From Candidatus Sumerlaeota bacterium (GTDB taxonomy: Bacteria; Sumerlaeota; Sumerlaeia; UBA8349), in contig JAFGFN010000181.1 of assembly GCA_016931035.1 (NCBI GenBank), positions 3,664 to 67,663 on the forward strand: 64,000 nt of DNA, in the 5' to 3' direction. Both the position numbers and the translations under genes were made by a program. Positions 29,819 through 42,598 of this stretch are shown in pieces (position 1 is the stretch's first letter; every line of letters starts with the position of its first letter). Under the pieces are notes generated by a model, which worked only from the letters and a program-made list of their open reading frames with translations, made no database searches and was not told where the DNA came from.

Positions 29819-31813
29819 ATGGCCGAAGAGCGTTTGACCGCCGCACGGGCGCTGGCCGCCGTAGCCACGGGTTTGGCGGGCGCCGTCGGCATTTGGTGGG
29901 CGATCCCGTACGTGAACTACGTGATGCGGGTCACGGATCTGGTCAACGGCTACCTTCCACAGGCCGGCCTCATAGGCATCCTGCTGCTCGCGATCGTCTT
30001 GAACCCCGTCTTGCGCCTGCTGAATCCACGCTGGATGTTCTCGTCGCGCCAATTGGCCTTGGCTGCGGCCGTCATGCTTATCGCGTGTGTGATCGGCGGC
30101 CAGGGGCTGATGGCGTGGCTGCCCCACGTCCTGGGCTACGTTCCCTTCGACGTGAGCAGCAACGGCCAACTGGCCGAGGCCTACGCGCAGATGGACCTAC
30201 CCTCGTTCTTGTTCCCCGATCCGATCGGACTCGGGAAATCGACCGACGTCACCGCGCGCTTCGTCCACGAGCTGCTCCCGGGCGAATCCATTCCCTGGGG
30301 AGCCTGGGGGCCGCCGCTACTGGGATGGGCCCCGCTCCTTTTGGGATGCTGGCTGATGACGATCGGTATGGCCGCCATCGTCTATCCTCAATGGCGGCGC
30401 AACGAACGCCTGGCTTTCCCTCTCCTCGAGACCTATCGGTCGCTCATCGCCCCTCCGGGACCGGGCCGTCTCTTCCCGCCGCTGTTTCGAAGCGGCTTGT
30501 TTTGGGGATCGGCCGGCGCCGTCCTGCTGTTGTTCATTCTCCAGGGGTTCGAGTACTACTACCCCGACAGAATACCGCGCATCCCCTTGGCGTGGAACCT
30601 GCGCGGACTGTTCACCGAGGGCTTTCTGGGCAGCCTGCCCTATCAAATGGTCGAGGGGCGTTTGCTCTTCATCATGATCGGGGTCACGTTCTTTATGCCC
30701 ACGCGGATCAGCTTCTCCATCTGGTTCTTTGCCTTCGCGTATGGACTTCATGAAGCCATCGTAAAATCCTACATGCCACCGTACTACAAGAGCGTCGTGA
30801 CCGACCACCGGATGGGCGCGATGTTGGCGATGACGGCCGCGATCCTCTGGCTGGGACGCGCGCATTGGTTCCGCGTCCTGCGCTGTTCTTTCACGCGCGC
30901 CCGTTCGGAGGAGGACCGCCGCGATCGGACGGCTGGGCTGGCGTTCCTCTCCGGCTGCGCAATCATGATCGGCTGGTTCACCTATGTCGGGCATGTCCCC
31001 ATCCTCTGGTCCGTCTTCTTCACGGCCTTCGGGTTCATGATCTCGCTCCTGATCGCCCGCATCGTTTGCGAAACCGGTATGCCGTTCGTCCGGCTGGACT
31101 GCGCGTACCAGATCAGCTTGGTCAAGCTGGCCCCGATCGGCTGGCTGGGCTACAACACGCTCTACTTCGCCATCGTCACGGCCATCCTGTTCCCCGTCTC
31201 GTCGATCCTGAGCCCGGCGGCCATGGCGACCCAGGCCATGGCGCTCGACGAGAAGGCGTCTCCCCGCTATCGCTCGCGCCTGGTTCCGGTCCTGATCGGG
31301 TGCCTTGTCGTGGGGCTCGTCGTCTGCGGCGCGGCGTCCCTCACCGCTACGTACCATCACAGCATGACGCTGGACGGGCGAGAGCATCCGATCTCGAATT
31401 GGGGGACCGGCGTGTTCAACAATGCCCACACGGACATCCAGGCCTGGATGCACGGACGAGTCGATCTGCCGCTCTACAATCAGAAGGCCCACATCGCCTT
31501 CGGGGTCGGCCTGGCGGGTCTTCTCGAGTGGCTCAGCCTCAGAATCCCGCGCTGGCCGCTCCATCCCATCGGCCTGCTCATGGCCAACGTCTGGTGGTCC
31601 AAGCGCGCTTGGCACAGCATCTTCATCGGATGGCTGCTCAAGGCGCTCATTCTGCGCTACGGCGGCGCCCGGGTCTACCGTTCCGCCCGGCCGGTCTTTC
31701 TGGGGATGATCATGGGCACCGTGTTCGCCTCGGTCTTCTGGACTCTGCACTCGGTCGCGATGGTTCTGCTGGGCAGACCCTACTTGACGGGCGTGATGGA
31801 TGCCCGATTCTAG
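29819..31813 (+). CDS. DUF6785/DUF6784-like multi-pass membrane protein, copy 2 (tandem paralog)
   Basis: Colinear with and highly similar to 27678..29687 throughout. Confidence 0.75.
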   Translation: MAEERLTAARALAAVATGLAGAVGIWWAIPYVNYVMRVTDLVNGYLPQAGLIGILLLAIVLNPVLRLLNPRWMFSSRQLALAAAVMLIACVIGGQGLMAWLPHVLGYVPFDVSSNGQLAEAYAQMDLPSFLFPDPIGLGKSTDVTARFVHELLPGESIPWGAWGPPLLGWAPLLLGCWLMTIGMAAIVYPQWRRNERLAFPLLETYRSLIAPPGPGRLFPPLFRSGLFWGSAGAVLLLFILQGFEYYYPDRIPRIPLAWNLRGLFTEGFLGSLPYQMVEGRLLFIMIGVTFFMPTRISFSIWFFAFAYGLHEAIVKSYMPPYYKSVVTDHRMGAMLAMTAAILWLGRAHWFRVLRCSFTRARSEEDRRDRTAGLAFLSGCAIMIGWFTYVGHVPILWSVFFTAFGFMISLLIARIVCETGMPFVRLDCAYQISLVKLAPIGWLGYNTLYFAIVTAILFPVSSILSPAAMATQAMALDEKASPRYRSRLVPVLIGCLVVGLVVCGAASLTATYHHSMTLDGREHPISNWGTGVFNNAHTDIQAWMHGRVDLPLYNQKAHIAFGVGLAGLLEWLSLRIPRWPLHPIGLLMANVWWSKRAWHSIFIGWLLKALILRYGGARVYRSARPVFLGMIMGTVFASVFWTLHSVAMVLLGRPYLTGVMDARF

Positions 31814-32020
31814 CGAGAGAGAGACGGCGGCAATCCGCCGGCCAATCCTCCGCTTGGGGCGCACACATTCCACTCGCCATTTCGAATTCGATGCCATAAC
31901 CTTGTCTTCCGAGACTGCGCGCCGAGGCTGAAGTCCTCCCCGCGGCGGGTTCGACTCGCTTCGGACGCGTTCGCTAGTAGAGTCCTGTCTCGTCCCGTTC
32001 TTCTAGGGAGAACGGCTTCA

Positions 32021-34816
32021 ATGAGATACAGACCGCGCCCTCGAGTTTGCGCCACCTCCTGCTTTCTGACCGCATGCTTTCTAACCGCGTGCCGTCTATT
32101 GGCGGGGGAGGGGGACGGAGACAATCTTCCCATGAATTCCACATCGCCGGCCTTCTGGCCCGAACTGCGCAACGAACACAAACCTTGGACGCGATGGTGG
32201 TGGATGGGTAGCGCCGTCGAGAAGAGCGACATTACGCGCCACCTCGAAGCGTATCGCGACGCCGGACTGGGCGGCGTCGAGATCAGTCCGATCTATGGCG
32301 CGAAGGGATGGGAAGACCGCTACATCGAATACCTTTCGCCGGAGTGGTTGGCGATGTTGGATCACACCGTCGCCGAAGCGCGCCGTCTCGGACTGGGTGT
32401 GGATATGATCGAGGGGATGGGATGGCCGTTCGGCGGACCGAATGTGCTTCCCGACGATGCGGCGGCGAAGGCCGTTTTCGCGGAGTTCACCGTCGGACCG
32501 GGACAACGTCTCGAATCGCCTCTTGTGTGTCCCGACGAGAAGATCGGACGAAACGCTCCGCTTCGGGTTCTCATGGCGTCTTCCGATCGAGGCGAGACCC
32601 TTGACCTGACGCAACGCGTTTCTTCTTCGGACCGACTCGACTGGCAGGCGCCCGAGGGGGCGACGTGGACGCTTCGCGCCGTCTTCAGGGGATGGACGGG
32701 GCAGAAAGTCAAACGGGCCGGTCTGGGAGGCGAAGGCTGGGCGGCAGATCATTTCTCTCGCCGGGCGCTCGACCGATACCTGGCACGTTTCGACGAGGCG
32801 TTTGCGCAGCGCACCCGAGCGCTGCGATGTTTCTTCAACGATTCGTACGAAGTATTCGGCGCCGATTGGACGGACGATCTGTTCGATGAGTTTCTCGCTC
32901 GACGAGGATACGATCTTCGGCTCTATCTTGCCGAGCTGATGGGGATGGGAGCCGAGGATTGCATCGCCCGCGTCAAGTGCGACTATCGCGAAACGGTCGC
33001 CGATCTTCTCCTCGAGCGCTTTATCGCCCCGTGGACCGAGTGGACCCACGCGCGCGGCAGCCGCTCGCGCAATCAAGCGCACGGATCGCCCGGCAATCTG
33101 GTCGATCTCTATGCGGCGGCCGATATTCCGGAGACCGAGGTGTTCGGAAGCCGCGCGGAACCGCTTCTTTTCAAGTTCGCTTCGTCGGCGGCGCATGTTG
33201 CGGGCAAACCGCTTGCTTCGTCGGAATCGTTCACCTGGCTTCGAGAGCACTTCCAGGGCGCCCTGGCCGACGCCAAGGCGCCGCTCGACACGCTTCTCCT
33301 CGCGGGGATCAATCACGTGTTCTTTCACGGGATGACGTATTCTCCCGCCTCCGAAGACTGGCCGGGTTGGCTCTTCTATGCGTCGACCGATTTCGGTTTG
33401 AACAGTGCGCTCTGGCGCGACCTGCCGGAATTCAACGCCTACATTGCGCGCTCGCAGTCCATTCTTCAATCGGGGCGTCCCGACAACGACGTCCTGCTTT
33501 ACTTCCCCATCCACGACATCTGGCATTCGCCCGACGGAATGCTCGTTCCGCTGACGTGCCACAACATGGACGATTGGCTCTGCCGTACGCCCTTCGGCGG
33601 CGCGGCGCAATCGCTCGCCAAAGCGGGTTACGGGTTGGACTACGTGTCGGACCGCGTTTTGAGGAAGGCCCAAGCGTCCGAGTCGGGCATTTCCACTAGC
33701 GGAGCGGAGTATCGCGTTCTCGTCGTGCCGCACAGCGGACATATCCCGGTCGAGACGGTCGAGAAGATGAAGACGCTCGTTTCCGAAGGCGCGACCGTCG
33801 TCTTTCATCGCGCGTTGCCGGACGATGTTCCTGGACTATGCCGGTTGGAGGAACGCCGTTCGCAATTGAGGGAGGTGTTCCAAGGCGTCGAGATTCCTGG
33901 GCCCGGCGCCGTCGCCGAGACGCGGGTCGGCAAAGGCCGTTGGATTGTGGGCGACGATTTGGCCGCGATGCTAGGCTCTACGGCGGCACGTCGCGAGCCG
34001 ATGGTCGAGCACGGGATCGGTTTCATCCGTCGTTCGTGCGGTGGAGGTTTCTCCTACTTCGTCGTCAATCAAGACGAGAAGGCCTTCGACGGGTGGACGG
34101 AATTGGGCGTTCGCGCCGAGGCCATCGCGATTCTCGATCCGCTCTCGGGTCAAGCGGGCATGGCGTCGGCGCGAAAGAGCGCGGACGGTCGTGCTGAGGT
34201 GTATCTGCAAGTTCAACCTGGCGGTTCTCTCGTTCTTCGGACCTATGACTCGCCCCAACCCGGCCGGTCCGAGTGGAGGTATTTCGCGGACGACGGTCCG
34301 CCGAATCGAATCTCTGGGAGCTGGAACGTCGCGTTTGTCGAAGGAGGCCCGACGATCCCGGCGGGCTATTCGACGACAGATCTTGCATCGTGGACGGCGC
34401 GCGACGACAATGAGTGTCGCCGGTTCTGCGGAACGGCACGATACGCCGTCTCGTTCCAACTTCCGAGAGTCGGCGCGGACGATTGGGAACTCGATCTGGG
34501 GCGGGTTTGCGAAAGCGCTCGCGTGTCGGTGAACGGCCGGCGGGTTGCGACGCTTTGGTGTGCGCCGTTCCGGGTTCGCGTGGGAGAATACCTTCATGAG
34601 GGCGAGAACCGGCTCGAGATCGAGGTGACAAATCTGGCCGCCAATCGCATCGCCGACATGGACCGGCGCGGGGTGATCTGGAAGAAGTTCCACGACGCCA
34701 ACATCGCTCGGCTCGGGCAGCGCGGCGTTCTCGATGCCTCGGACTGGCCCTTGCGCGACTCGGGCCTTCTCGGTCCTGTTCGTTTATCGCCGAAGAGAAT
34801 GGTCGATCCTGAGTAG
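32021..34816 (+). CDS. GH106-family glycoside hydrolase (alpha-L-rhamnosidase-like), secreted
   Basis: KPWTRWWWMGSAV, GLGGVEISPIYG, GWPFGGP, FFNDSYE, DIPETE, GINHVFFHG and SGLLGPV motifs. Confidence 0.85.
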   Translation: MRYRPRPRVCATSCFLTACFLTACRLLAGEGDGDNLPMNSTSPAFWPELRNEHKPWTRWWWMGSAVEKSDITRHLEAYRDAGLGGVEISPIYGAKGWEDRYIEYLSPEWLAMLDHTVAEARRLGLGVDMIEGMGWPFGGPNVLPDDAAAKAVFAEFTVGPGQRLESPLVCPDEKIGRNAPLRVLMASSDRGETLDLTQRVSSSDRLDWQAPEGATWTLRAVFRGWTGQKVKRAGLGGEGWAADHFSRRALDRYLARFDEAFAQRTRALRCFFNDSYEVFGADWTDDLFDEFLARRGYDLRLYLAELMGMGAEDCIARVKCDYRETVADLLLERFIAPWTEWTHARGSRSRNQAHGSPGNLVDLYAAADIPETEVFGSRAEPLLFKFASSAAHVAGKPLASSESFTWLREHFQGALADAKAPLDTLLLAGINHVFFHGMTYSPASEDWPGWLFYASTDFGLNSALWRDLPEFNAYIARSQSILQSGRPDNDVLLYFPIHDIWHSPDGMLVPLTCHNMDDWLCRTPFGGAAQSLAKAGYGLDYVSDRVLRKAQASESGISTSGAEYRVLVVPHSGHIPVETVEKMKTLVSEGATVVFHRALPDDVPGLCRLEERRSQLREVFQGVEIPGPGAVAETRVGKGRWIVGDDLAAMLGSTAARREPMVEHGIGFIRRSCGGGFSYFVVNQDEKAFDGWTELGVRAEAIAILDPLSGQAGMASARKSADGRAEVYLQVQPGGSLVLRTYDSPQPGRSEWRYFADDGPPNRISGSWNVAFVEGGPTIPAGYSTTDLASWTARDDNECRRFCGTARYAVSFQLPRVGADDWELDLGRVCESARVSVNGRRVATLWCAPFRVRVGEYLHEGENRLEIEVTNLAANRIADMDRRGVIWKKFHDANIARLGQRGVLDASDWPLRDSGLLGPVRLSPKRMVDPE

Positions 34817-38248
<3,432 letters not shown>

Positions 38249-38276
38249 CATCGCTTCTCGGGCGGATGGGTGTTGG

Positions 38277-38541
38277 GCCGCAACCCCGTTGGGGTTGAAC
38301 GATGAACATTGGACGCGGTGTCCCAGGGTAGCCGCTTTGCGGCAACCCTGGGCTGGAGGCCACAACCCGTTCCGGGTTGCATGTGTTTGGCGTTGCGTAT
38401 TCGGCGAGTCCTTGGGCTGCGAGCCGCTCCTCATGGATCGCAGGCCCGTTCTTAAGCGCTGAAAGCGCGCAATACTACAGCCTGGGGCAGAGCGCTTGTG
38501 CGCCGTAGCGAAGCGAAGGCGCAAGCGCGTCGCCCCAGGTT
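38277..38541. repeat. Intergenic REP-like palindromes (CAACCCCGTTGGGGTTG / CCCAGGGTAGCC…GGCAACCCTGGG and GCGCTGAAAGCGC / CCTGGGGC…GCCCCAGG)
   Basis: Several short hairpins between the GH2 and GH78 genes. Confidence 0.7.
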
Positions 38542-38712
38542 GGACGCCCGATAATCGGAGGCCGGCGCGTTTCCTGCCGCTTTTCGCAGGAAACGTGACG
38601 GCTCGGTTGACCTCGGAGGGCGCTAAACACAGACTCCGGGTTGTGGCCAGAGAAAGAAGAAACGGGAGAGCCCGCGCCAGTCCGAGCGGCGCCCTTGAGG
38701 AGAAAGAACCGG

Positions 38713-41700
38713 ATGAGACAGACCCTCGCACAATTGAGAACGCGCTATCTTCGCTGTGAGTACCGTGAGAATCCGCTGGGGATCGACGTGAAGCGGCCGC
38801 GCCTGAGCTGGATCGTCGAATCCAAACGGCGCGGCGAACGGCAAACGGCCTATCGAGTCCTCGTCGCCCGGAGTCGCGAGAGCCTCGACGCCGACCGGGG
38901 CGATCTGTGGGATACGGGGAAGGTCGCGTCGGACGAGACCCTCCATGTCGAGTACCGAGGCAAACCGCTCCGGTCGGGGATGGCGTGCTTCTGGAAGGTG
39001 CGGGTGTGGGACCGCGACGGTCGCGCGTCGGCGTGGAGCCGCCCGGCGACGTGGTCGATGGGTCTCTTGAAAGATTCGGATTGGAAGGCGCGGTGGATCG
39101 GTCTCGATCTGCCCGAGTTGCCCGAGCCGCGCGATCTCGACGGGTGCCAGTGGATTTGGTTCCCCGAAGGGGATCCGCGCCGGAGCGCGCCGCTCGGGAC
39201 CTGTTGTTTCCGCCGCGTCATCGAGCTTCCGGCGAACCGCGCGATCCGCAGGGCGTCGATCGTTCTCGCGGTCGATTCGTATTACCGCGTGTCGGTCAAC
39301 GGCGGTCAGATCGTCAACAGCGGACAGCCCGCGCGGGCGCAAGAGGCGGACATCACGTGGCACTTGCGGCCCGGAAAGAACACGGTCACGGTGATTGCCG
39401 ACAACCTGGGGATGCAGCCCAAGCCCGCCGGATTCATCGGCCGCATCCTGCTCGAATTCGAGCGCGGCCGCTCCGTCGCGATCCCGACGGACCGCAATTG
39501 GCGCGTGTCGAGGGAGAGTGGCACGGGCGGTGGCGCGGGCGTCCCGCCCGTGCTCTTCCATGGGCAAGATGCTCGCACTGCCGCAAGACATGGGCGAGAC
39601 GCCCATGCCACCTCAAGACATGGGCGAGACGCCCATGCCACCTCAAGACATGAGCGGGACGCTCATGCCACTTGGCCTCGCGCGATGGAACTGGGGAAGT
39701 ACGGGCGCCAACCCTTCGGCCGGCCCGAAATCCTCAAGATAGACCTTCGTCCGCCGCGTCTTCTCCGCAAAACCTTCCGCGTCGCGAAGCCAATCCGGCG
39801 GGCGACGGTTCACGCCTCGGCGTTGGGCGTTTACGAGCTGCGACTGAACGGGCGCAAGGTGGGCGAGGACGTTTTCACGCCCGGATGGACCGACTATCGC
39901 ACCCGCGTTTACTACAACACCTACGACGTGACCGACACGCTTCACGCGGGAGTGAACACGCTCGGCGCTCTCCTTGGCGACGGGTGGTTCACCGGATACG
40001 TCGGGCCCGGCCTGAAACGCGAGCGATTCGGGACGAACGAGCCGCGCTTCCTCGCGCAGCTCCACCTGGAATACGCCGACGGCACCGGCGAGACGCTCGC
40101 GACCGATCGCACGTGGAAAGCGGCGACCGGAGCGACGCTCGAAGCCGACATGCAAATGGGCGAGACCTACGACGCGCGTCTCGACGCGCCCGGTTGGGAC
40201 GGCGGCGCGACGCGCAAACGGTTCGACGATTCGCGATGGCGCGGCGTTTCGGTCGGCGCTTCGGTCCGTCCGCGTCTTCAATCGTATCCCGGCAGTCCCG
40301 TCCGCGTGTTCCGCGAGATTCGCCCGCTCAAGATCATGCGCACGATCCCCGGTCGTCATACGATCGACATGGGAACCAACTTCGCGGGATGCGTCCGGCT
40401 CAAGGTGAAGGCCCGACGCGGCCACAAGATCGTCGTGCGGTTCGGCGAACGGCTGAATCCCGACGGCACGGTGTACACGAACAACTTGCGCCGCGCTCGC
40501 GCCGTAGACACCTACATCTGTCGAGGCTCCGGCGAAGAGGTGTGGCAGCCGCGCTTCACGTTCCACGGCTTTCAGTACGTCGAACTGATCGGCTATCCCG
40601 GCACGCCCGATCTCGATTCCGTCACCGGGATCGAATACACCGCCTCGACCCCGGTTGCGGGCGAGTTCAAATGTTCCGATCGGACGGCGAACACGTTGTA
40701 CCGCAACATCTGCCAGACCCAGCGGTCCAACTTCATCGAAGTGCCGACGGACTGTCCGCAGCGCGACGAGCGCCTGGGTTGGACGGGCGACGCGCAGATC
40801 TATATTCGCACGGCGACGTACAACACGGACGTGGCGGCGTTCTTCGGCAAGTGGCTCACGGATCTCGAAGACGCGCAGTCGCCCGACGGCGCGTTCCCGG
40901 ACGTGGCGCCGACCCGCTCGATCCGGGGCGGCGGCAAGGCCGCCTGGGCCGACGCGGGGGTCATCTGCCCGATGACGTTCTACCAGGTCTATGGAGACAA
41001 ACGGCAACTCGCGCGGCGCTACGAATCGATGACCCGATGGATCGAGTTCTGTCGCGCGAACAGTTGGAATCTGATTCGCGGCCCTCATGGTTATGGCGAC
41101 TGGTTGAGCATTCACGCCGACACGCCCATCAATCTCATCGCGACGGCCTACTTCGCCCATTCGACGCGACTCGTCGCCGAGGCGGCGCGCATCCTGGGGA
41201 AGAAAACCGACGCGCGAAAGTACGACGCCCTGTTCCGCGAGATTCGCGAGGCGTTCAACCGCGTCTTTGTCGACAAGAAGGGCGTGTTGGCGGGCGACAC
41301 GCAATCGGCGTACGTCATGGCGATCGCGTTCGATCTTCTCTCGCCCAAGATGCGCGAGGCGGCGGCCTTGCGACTGGTCGCCAACCTCCGCGCGCGCGGA
41401 TGGCGTCTCTCGACCGGGTTCCTCGGGACCAAGGACCTCATGGGGGTCTTGACGAAGATCGGCCGTCCCGACGTCGCGTATCGTCTCTTCCACAACGACA
41501 CGTTCCCCTCGTGGGGGTTCTCGATTCGTCACGGGGCGACGAGCATTTGGGAACGCTGGGACGGCTGGACCCCCGAAAAGGGATTCCAGACCGTCGATAT
41601 GAACTCGTTCGCCCACTACTCGTTCGGCGCGGTGGCCGAATGGATGTTTCGGACCGTCGGCGGGATCGACACCGACGGTCCCGCCTACAAACGGATCGCG

Positions 41701-42012
41701 ATTCGACCGCTCCCGGGCGGCCGACTGACCTGGGCGCGTGTGGCCTACGAGTCGATCCGGGGGCGGATCGCGGTGGACTGGAAAACCGAGGGCGGAAGAC
41801 TCGAAATGAACGTCCGCATTCCGGCCAACACGACGGCGACGATTCACGTCCCGGCGGCGCGAGCGGCGGACGTGACGGAAAGCGGGAAGCCCGCCGCGCG
41901 GACCGAAGGATTGCGGTTTCTTCGGATGGAAGACGGCGCGGCGGTTTTCGAAGCGGGTTCGGGCTCGTACGCGTTCGTTTCGAAAAGCCCTCAGATCATC
42001 TCCTCGTCGTGA
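38713..42012 (+). CDS. GH78 alpha-L-rhamnosidase with an in-frame REP insertion
   Basis: LRCEYRENPLGID…PRLSW, FTPGWTDY, PRFTFHGFQYVE, PTDCPQRDERLGWTGDAQ, GATSIWERWD and MNSFAHY motifs. Confidence 0.93.
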   Translation: MRQTLAQLRTRYLRCEYRENPLGIDVKRPRLSWIVESKRRGERQTAYRVLVARSRESLDADRGDLWDTGKVASDETLHVEYRGKPLRSGMACFWKVRVWDRDGRASAWSRPATWSMGLLKDSDWKARWIGLDLPELPEPRDLDGCQWIWFPEGDPRRSAPLGTCCFRRVIELPANRAIRRASIVLAVDSYYRVSVNGGQIVNSGQPARAQEADITWHLRPGKNTVTVIADNLGMQPKPAGFIGRILLEFERGRSVAIPTDRNWRVSRESGTGGGAGVPPVLFHGQDARTAARHGRDAHATSRHGRDAHATSRHERDAHATWPRAMELGKYGRQPFGRPEILKIDLRPPRLLRKTFRVAKPIRRATVHASALGVYELRLNGRKVGEDVFTPGWTDYRTRVYYNTYDVTDTLHAGVNTLGALLGDGWFTGYVGPGLKRERFGTNEPRFLAQLHLEYADGTGETLATDRTWKAATGATLEADMQMGETYDARLDAPGWDGGATRKRFDDSRWRGVSVGASVRPRLQSYPGSPVRVFREIRPLKIMRTIPGRHTIDMGTNFAGCVRLKVKARRGHKIVVRFGERLNPDGTVYTNNLRRARAVDTYICRGSGEEVWQPRFTFHGFQYVELIGYPGTPDLDSVTGIEYTASTPVAGEFKCSDRTANTLYRNICQTQRSNFIEVPTDCPQRDERLGWTGDAQIYIRTATYNTDVAAFFGKWLTDLEDAQSPDGAFPDVAPTRSIRGGGKAAWADAGVICPMTFYQVYGDKRQLARRYESMTRWIEFCRANSWNLIRGPHGYGDWLSIHADTPINLIATAYFAHSTRLVAEAARILGKKTDARKYDALFREIREAFNRVFVDKKGVLAGDTQSAYVMAIAFDLLSPKMREAAALRLVANLRARGWRLSTGFLGTKDLMGVLTKIGRPDVAYRLFHNDTFPSWGFSIRHGATSIWERWDGWTPEKGFQTVDMNSFAHYSFGAVAEWMFRTVGGIDTDGPAYKRIAIRPLPGGRLTWARVAYESIRGRIAVDWKTEGGRLEMNVRIPANTTATIHVPAARAADVTESGKPAARTEGLRFLRMEDGAAVFEAGSGSYAFVSKSPQIISSS
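39518..39671. repeat. REP-like palindrome cluster, family B, in frame within the GH78 gene
   Basis: GTGGCGCGGGCGTCCCGCCCGTG is followed by four inverted units at 39559, 39589, 39619 and 39649 (30-nt period). Confidence 0.88.
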
Positions 42013-42161
42013 TAGCGTGGCATGGGCATCCTCTCTATCCGCCTGGAGCCACGTTTGAGTCTGTGCCGTAGAAGAGGGGCCATGTCAGTCGCGAGATACT
42101 GCGCCGAACGCGAGGATTTTCTACGAAGGGCCTCGTGCTCGAGCTGCGGAGCGAGAATTCC

Positions 42162-42404
42162 GTGAAGACAACGCGGTATTTCCAGCACATGCGTTCACGT
42201 CCGGACCGGGCCGCGATATGGGAGGAATGGATCACGCGTGTCATTGAGAATCCCTGCAAGGTTCAGGTACAATCGGACGGAAGGGTAAGGAAATGGGGGT
42301 GGATACCCGAGGCTCGCAAGTTTCTGCGCGTGATTCTGCTTCCCGACGGCGAAACCGTCCATAATGTCTTCTTCGATAGGTCGTTCAAGGAGGATGTTAA
42401 ATGA
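42162..42404 (+). CDS. Small putative toxin (RelE/BrnT-like, DUF4258-type)
   Basis: 80 aa from GTG; RVIENP…QSDGRVRKW…LRVILLPDGETVHNVFFDR. ATGA overlap with the DUF2283 gene. Confidence 0.7.
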   Translation: MKTTRYFQHMRSRPDRAAIWEEWITRVIENPCKVQVQSDGRVRKWGWIPEARKFLRVILLPDGETVHNVFFDRSFKEDVK

Positions 42405-42598
42405 AAGTCAAGTACTTCTCCGACACCGATACTGCGCTTGTCGAGTTCACGTCGAAGGACGTGGCTGAGACGAAAGAGATCAGCGAGAACATCTATGTGG
42501 ACCTCGATGCGGATGGAAACCTGGTGAGCATGACGATCGAACATGCTCGCGCCAACGCCCACCTTGAGGAGTTTTCCTTTCAGGAAGTTGCTCGCTAA
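42401..42598 (+). CDS. DUF2283-family putative antitoxin
   Basis: MKVKYFSDTDTALVEF…ETKEISENIYVDLDADGNLVSMTIEHA; RBS AAGGAGG. Confidence 0.82.
   Translation: MKVKYFSDTDTALVEFTSKDVAETKEISENIYVDLDADGNLVSMTIEHARANAHLEEFSFQEVAR

Noticed and set aside
32060..32089. 15-nt tandem duplication (CFLTA x2) in the GH106 signal peptide
   Set aside because: Real, but a trivial slippage event with no evident consequence.
39559..39671. 30-nt-period repeats as a CRISPR array
   Set aside because: The spacers are only 7 nt and nearly constant, the array lies in frame within a CDS, and there are no cas genes.
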